This document shows, piece after piece, positions 22,640-26,300 of a stretch of 26,300 nucleotides of DNA (the stretch's first letter is position 1; each line of letters begins with the position of its first letter). The notes beneath the pieces were generated by a model. It searched no databases, was not told the DNA's origin, and was given only the letters and a program-made list of their open reading frames with translations. Made by a program: the position numbers and the translations under genes. This stretch comes from a virus (Duplodnaviria > Caudoviricetes). The stretch is taken from the IMG/VR virus record IMGVR_UViG_3300010043_000070, positions 1 to 26,300 of that record. One strand, written 5' to 3'.

Positions 22640-25446
22640 TTGGCCGTGTCTCCCACGCTGGCATCGGGAATCCACGCCAAGATCGTCGCCGGCCACGGGT
22701 TCGACTGCTGAAAGTACACCTGTCCGTAGACATCGTAGAGCGGATCGATGTTGAACCATTCGTCGCCGAAGATCATCGTCGGGAATGGCGCAAGCATAGG
22801 TGGCCCGGCGTCCTTGATGGGGATCAAGGTCGAGAGGCTTCGCCCGGCGGATAGCCCCCGGGTTTCCCGTACCTTGATTGACGCCGGGCCGACTCGCTTG
22901 CGCTTCCCCTGAATCGTTGGCTGGCCGATGTCGAGCGGGAGGGTTCCTAACTGCGGAACATAAGGCAGGCCGGCAAGGACCTTCGTGGCGGACTGCGGCA
23001 GGGTGATCGTCCCATTCGTGACCGTCAGGCCGGTCACAGGCACGCCATCTGCCAGCGCGGTAACGGTCCGGCCTTCTAGCTGCTGGAGCCCGGTGAAGAC
23101 GGTCGCGGGGCCGGTTCCGGCGGTGGCGCAGTCGAGGCACCAGGCATCGACGAGGCCGCCGGGCATGTAGCGATCGGCCATTCGCTCGATGTACTTGAGA
23201 GTGTGCCCATTGACGACTCGCTCGACAACGAAGTAAACGGCATCCACGTCATTGCCCGCCGCCGACTCATGGATGCTGGTGACTGATTTGAAGCTCCCCA
23301 GCGTGTCATGTTGTGCCCATCCATACAGTTCTTGCTCTTTCGAGAAAGTCAGTGAAAGCAGATGCCCATCGCTTCGCACAGCCCAGACAAGCTTAAAGGG
23401 TTCTTCGGCCCAGGCCCACTCAGGGATTTTGTATCCAAAGAATAGGTGCTCGGAGAGCACAGAAATGTCAGTTCCAGTATATACGGCGGAGTAGAAATTG
23501 AACCTGAGATCGCGGACGATAGCCCCCTTTGATTGTACATAGAGGATATCGTCGCTTGGTATAGTAGGCGGCACGTCGTTGGCGCCGCTGTAAGCCTGTG
23601 ACTGAGCGGAGATGTTGATCGGGGAAATCGGGGATCCTGCACCGGAGCCTCCATTGATCAGCCACGACGACGACGAGGTCAGGACCACCAGCCCCGCGGG
23701 CATCGGGAGCATCGATTTGATAGTGTTTAGCTCCTTGGACACCAGCGGCGCAGTGATGGCATCGTTGGCCTGGATGATCTGATGAGTGTTGAAGTTATAC
23801 GGCGAGCCCGGGATGCTGAAGTAAAGCGTCTGCGGCGCGGTCTGCGGTGCCGCGAGGACGAGGCGCTGCTGGAAGTAACAAGGCACCGATGGGTTGCCGC
23901 CCTGCGGACCGAGCACGGCGGTCGCCGCCGCTGCACCCGACGAAAAGGTCACTGCTGGCGGCGTGAGATACCCCGTGCCCGGCGCCGTGATCTGGATCGA
24001 GTTCACACCCCAGTTCAGCGTGTTGATGGTGGCAGGGACGTTGCCGGTCAACGCTGTCATCGAGCCCGGTGGGTTGCCGCTGGTGATCGACCCGGCCGAC
24101 GAACCAGGGAAGGTTAGCGGCTGGAACGCGGTTATGGCGCCGCCACCACCGATGCTCTGGACGATGAGCACCACGCCGTTCTTGAACGACACCGAGGCCC
24201 CGACGGTATAGCCAGCGCCGCCAGAGCCCACAGCAAATGAGGTCAGGCCCAACGAAACCACGCCCAGCGCCGTTGCACCCTGTGGCGGCGCCGCGAAGGT
24301 CACCGTTGGTACCGAGGCATTATAGGTCCCGGGCGTGGTGATCGTGGCGCCAACCACCGGGCCACCGAGGAACGGATTCTGCGGGTTCGGCGGAGTTATC
24401 GAGAAGTTCGGCGCCGGGGTGTTCAGCGCCCCCGTGCCAGAAGAATTGTCGACAAAGGAAGTCCCTTGGGTGCTTGCGATCAGCCCATACAGCGTGCCGG
24501 CCGGGATGCCGACGCTGTGATCGCAGACCGGGGCGCGATAGATGTTGTAATAGATCGCGCCGGACACTGCCGACCAGCTTAGGGTGTTGGTCATCGCCGT
24601 AGACTGCATGCCGATGCCGTCTTTGTTCGACAATAGGGCCTGGGCGGAAGCCGTGCTTTCTTGACCGTTGGCGTCGACCGCTGTCACAACGTATGCCGTG
24701 TCCCAGCCCGCCGGTGATGAGGCCGCCTGCACCACACTGATCCCCGTTGGCGCCTGGATCGTCGAGCCAAAGGTGATCGTGTTCAGTGTCCAACTCGTCG
24801 GACCGGAGAAGGTCAACAGCTGCGCAGGGTAGTTCGGGTGGCAAAGCACCATGAACTGGACGTTCTGGGCAAACTTCACCAGCGCCAAGTCCGCGCCTAG
24901 CCACGGAGACGTGATAGTATAGACCCGAGCGGTGGTGCCACCAGAGGAGTAGCTTCCAGACCACACGGGCGTATTGCCGTATAGATCAGTGACAGTATAG
25001 GGAGAAGCACTGTTAGTGACGATGTAGTAGTTGCCGTTGATTCCATTGACCCCAACGATATCGGTAACGAATATCCAGTCGCCGGCGATGTAGGTTCCCG
25101 CGGACGAGATAGTATGGCCTGAGACGTTGACTCCAGAAATCGCCGCCGTAGCCTCAAGGACAGGTCCTCCGTTGGTATGAAAGCGGATGTAGTTCTGGCC
25201 GAACTCCATCACGTACGAGACGTTGAAGCTTGCCTCGAACGGGATCAGCCGGACAGGGAACGCAGAGTTGTAGGCGGTCAGCACGTATTTCGTGCCGAAC
25301 CTCGTGCTTGCGCCGCCCCGATAGTCCGGGTAGAAGTTCCTCATCAGCGCCGCGGACTTCTTGTAGATCGCAAGGTCCACGGTGCCATAGAGGTTTTGCG
25401 AGAGCTCGCCTCCGAAGAAGCTGGTCTGGATAAGCGCCTGGGCCAC
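22636..25446 (-). CDS. Tail tubular protein B / nozzle (936 aa) with inserted accessory beta-domains
   Basis: QTSFFGGELS, RLIPFEAS, MEFGQNYIRF, YFQQRL, EQELYGWAQH, GLQQLEGRTVTALADG, QSNPWPATIL pattern. Confidence 0.9.
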   Translation of the reverse strand: MAQALIQTSFFGGELSQNLYGTVDLAIYKKSAALMRNFYPDYRGGASTRFGTKYVLTAYNSAFPVRLIPFEASFNVSYVMEFGQNYIRFHTNGGPVLEATAAISGVNVSGHTISSAGTYIAGDWIFVTDIVGVNGINGNYYIVTNSASPYTVTDLYGNTPVWSGSYSSGGTTARVYTITSPWLGADLALVKFAQNVQFMVLCHPNYPAQLLTFSGPTSWTLNTITFGSTIQAPTGISVVQAASSPAGWDTAYVVTAVDANGQESTASAQALLSNKDGIGMQSTAMTNTLSWSAVSGAIYYNIYRAPVCDHSVGIPAGTLYGLIASTQGTSFVDNSSGTGALNTPAPNFSITPPNPQNPFLGGPVVGATITTPGTYNASVPTVTFAAPPQGATALGVVSLGLTSFAVGSGGAGYTVGASVSFKNGVVLIVQSIGGGGAITAFQPLTFPGSSAGSITSGNPPGSMTALTGNVPATINTLNWGVNSIQITAPGTGYLTPPAVTFSSGAAAATAVLGPQGGNPSVPCYFQQRLVLAAPQTAPQTLYFSIPGSPYNFNTHQIIQANDAITAPLVSKELNTIKSMLPMPAGLVVLTSSSSWLINGGSGAGSPISPINISAQSQAYSGANDVPPTIPSDDILYVQSKGAIVRDLRFNFYSAVYTGTDISVLSEHLFFGYKIPEWAWAEEPFKLVWAVRSDGHLLSLTFSKEQELYGWAQHDTLGSFKSVTSIHESAAGNDVDAVYFVVERVVNGHTLKYIERMADRYMPGGLVDAWCLDCATAGTGPATVFTGLQQLEGRTVTALADGVPVTGLTVTNGTITLPQSATKVLAGLPYVPQLGTLPLDIGQPTIQGKRKRVGPASIKVRETRGLSAGRSLSTLIPIKDAGPPMLAPFPTMIFGDEWFNIDPLYDVYGQVYFQQSNPWPATILAWIPDASVGDTAK

Positions 25447-25453
25447 GACACAC

Positions 25454-26300
25454 CTAATAGATCGTTAGCAGTTGTCCCCAATCGAAGCCCATATTCGGGC
25501 TCCAGCCAAAGTCCGTGGGATAGGAGATCCCCCGGGACCTGATCCAGTCCGGCGTCACGTCGTTGACGGTCAGGCCCTCGTTACCGTCGGTATTCCGCGC
25601 CGCGATGATGATCTCGTTGGCGTACTTAGTGCGCTCGTTGGCCAAGGCCTTGTCGCCGGTCAGGGCATAGACTAGCCTAGCTCCGAGCCGCTGGATCACC
25701 GCCTGCGTGAACTGCGAATCCCAGATCGCCGGCTCGGTCGCAACGGCACTGCGCACGTAGGCTAGGATGGCAAATTCTTGGTTCGTGAGCAGGACCTTCT
25801 GATCCACGGCCGAGCTCAAGGTCAGGTTGAACGTAGCGCCGGCGCCGGACGCTTCCGGGACCGGGTTTATCGGGCTCGTCGAATAGGACCCCGACACGAA
25901 CACGCTGACCCCGGTGATGCCACCGTTGACATTGACCGAGGTCACGGTTAGCTGCCCAGCCACGCCGACGCCGCCTGCGAGGACGACGTTCTGGCCCACT
26001 GAGTACCCGATGCCCGCCGCGACCGGGACCGCACTCGTGATCGTCACCGGCTGATCGATAGCGACCCTGAACCTCGCCGGCGGGCCGTTCCAGAAGCTCG
26101 GGGCGCCCCCTGTGACCGCGGCCGTGATCGGGACACCGGAGGCGAACCCTGTCATGTACTGCGGAACCACAAAGCAGGCCCGCAGACAGTCCGCCGGATA
26201 GGCATACTCGTAAGCCCACGGCGGCGCTGGCAGGGTTTTGTTCCACTGGATCGGGCCCGACGAGGGGTTCTCCGGCGTGCCTGGCGCAGCGGTGATCAAG
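25454..26300 (-). CDS. Tail tubular protein A / adaptor, 5'-truncated by the window edge
   Basis: WAYEYAYPADCLR, WDSQFTQAVIQRLGARL...ALTGD, ARNTDGNEG, PDWIRSRG; directly upstream of tubular protein B. Confidence 0.88.
   Translation of the reverse strand, partial: LITAAPGTPENPSSGPIQWNKTLPAPPWAYEYAYPADCLRACFVVPQYMTGFASGVPITAAVTGGAPSFWNGPPARFRVAIDQPVTITSAVPVAAGIGYSVGQNVVLAGGVGVAGQLTVTSVNVNGGITGVSVFVSGSYSTSPINPVPEASGAGATFNLTLSSAVDQKVLLTNQEFAILAYVRSAVATEPAIWDSQFTQAVIQRLGARLVYALTGDKALANERTKYANEIIIAARNTDGNEGLTVNDVTPDWIRSRGISYPTDFGWSPNMGFDWGQLLTIY

Larger units (their letters stand above)
1..26300. mobile_element. Tailed dsDNA bacteriophage genome segment (podovirus-like, T7-type tail/ejection module); virion DNA or prophage cannot be distinguished
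   Basis: Endolysin/holin, phage replication-recombination genes, PolA, tail tubular proteins A/B and internal virion proteins, densely packed with ATGA overlaps; no host housekeeping genes; no integrase or att site seen. Confidence 0.96.

Noticed and set aside
22236-23140. Track N-terminal extensions (22550 and 23140 starts; likewise 664, 943, 1579, 4162, 9978)
   Set aside because: They overlap real upstream genes or regulatory DNA; internal SD-backed or ATGA-coupled starts fit better

Overview
The whole window is part of a GC-rich tailed dsDNA phage genome of podovirus type. An alphaproteobacterial host is inferred from the promoter and operator style. No integrase, att site, tRNA or CRISPR array is visible. 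A divergent control region at 521-723 has two sigma70-type promoters and two tandem palindromes matching the RegR/RegA/PrrA box. It drives a leftward Lys/Ala-rich gene cut by the window edge and a rightward, almost gap-free operon (724-14297). That operon holds small early ORFs, a lysis cassette (amidase + PG-binding + lysozyme-like endolysin, holin, stand-alone PG-binding protein), a zf-HIT-like microprotein, an SF1 helicase, a Cas4-like nuclease, a Sak4-like ATPase, an SSB-like protein, a triple-hairpin spacer, a family A DNA polymerase and a DUF3987-like AAA+ protein. The polymerase is split inside its proofreading domain (UDG+ExoI/II | ExoIII+Pol, His at position 762), with three tiny genes wedged into the split. 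The converging minus-strand arm (14281-26300) encodes T7-like virion proteins: three internal/ejection proteins, a GNAT-like protein, and tail tubular proteins B and A carrying inserted beta-domains. All calls come from reading motifs by eye; no database searches were run.
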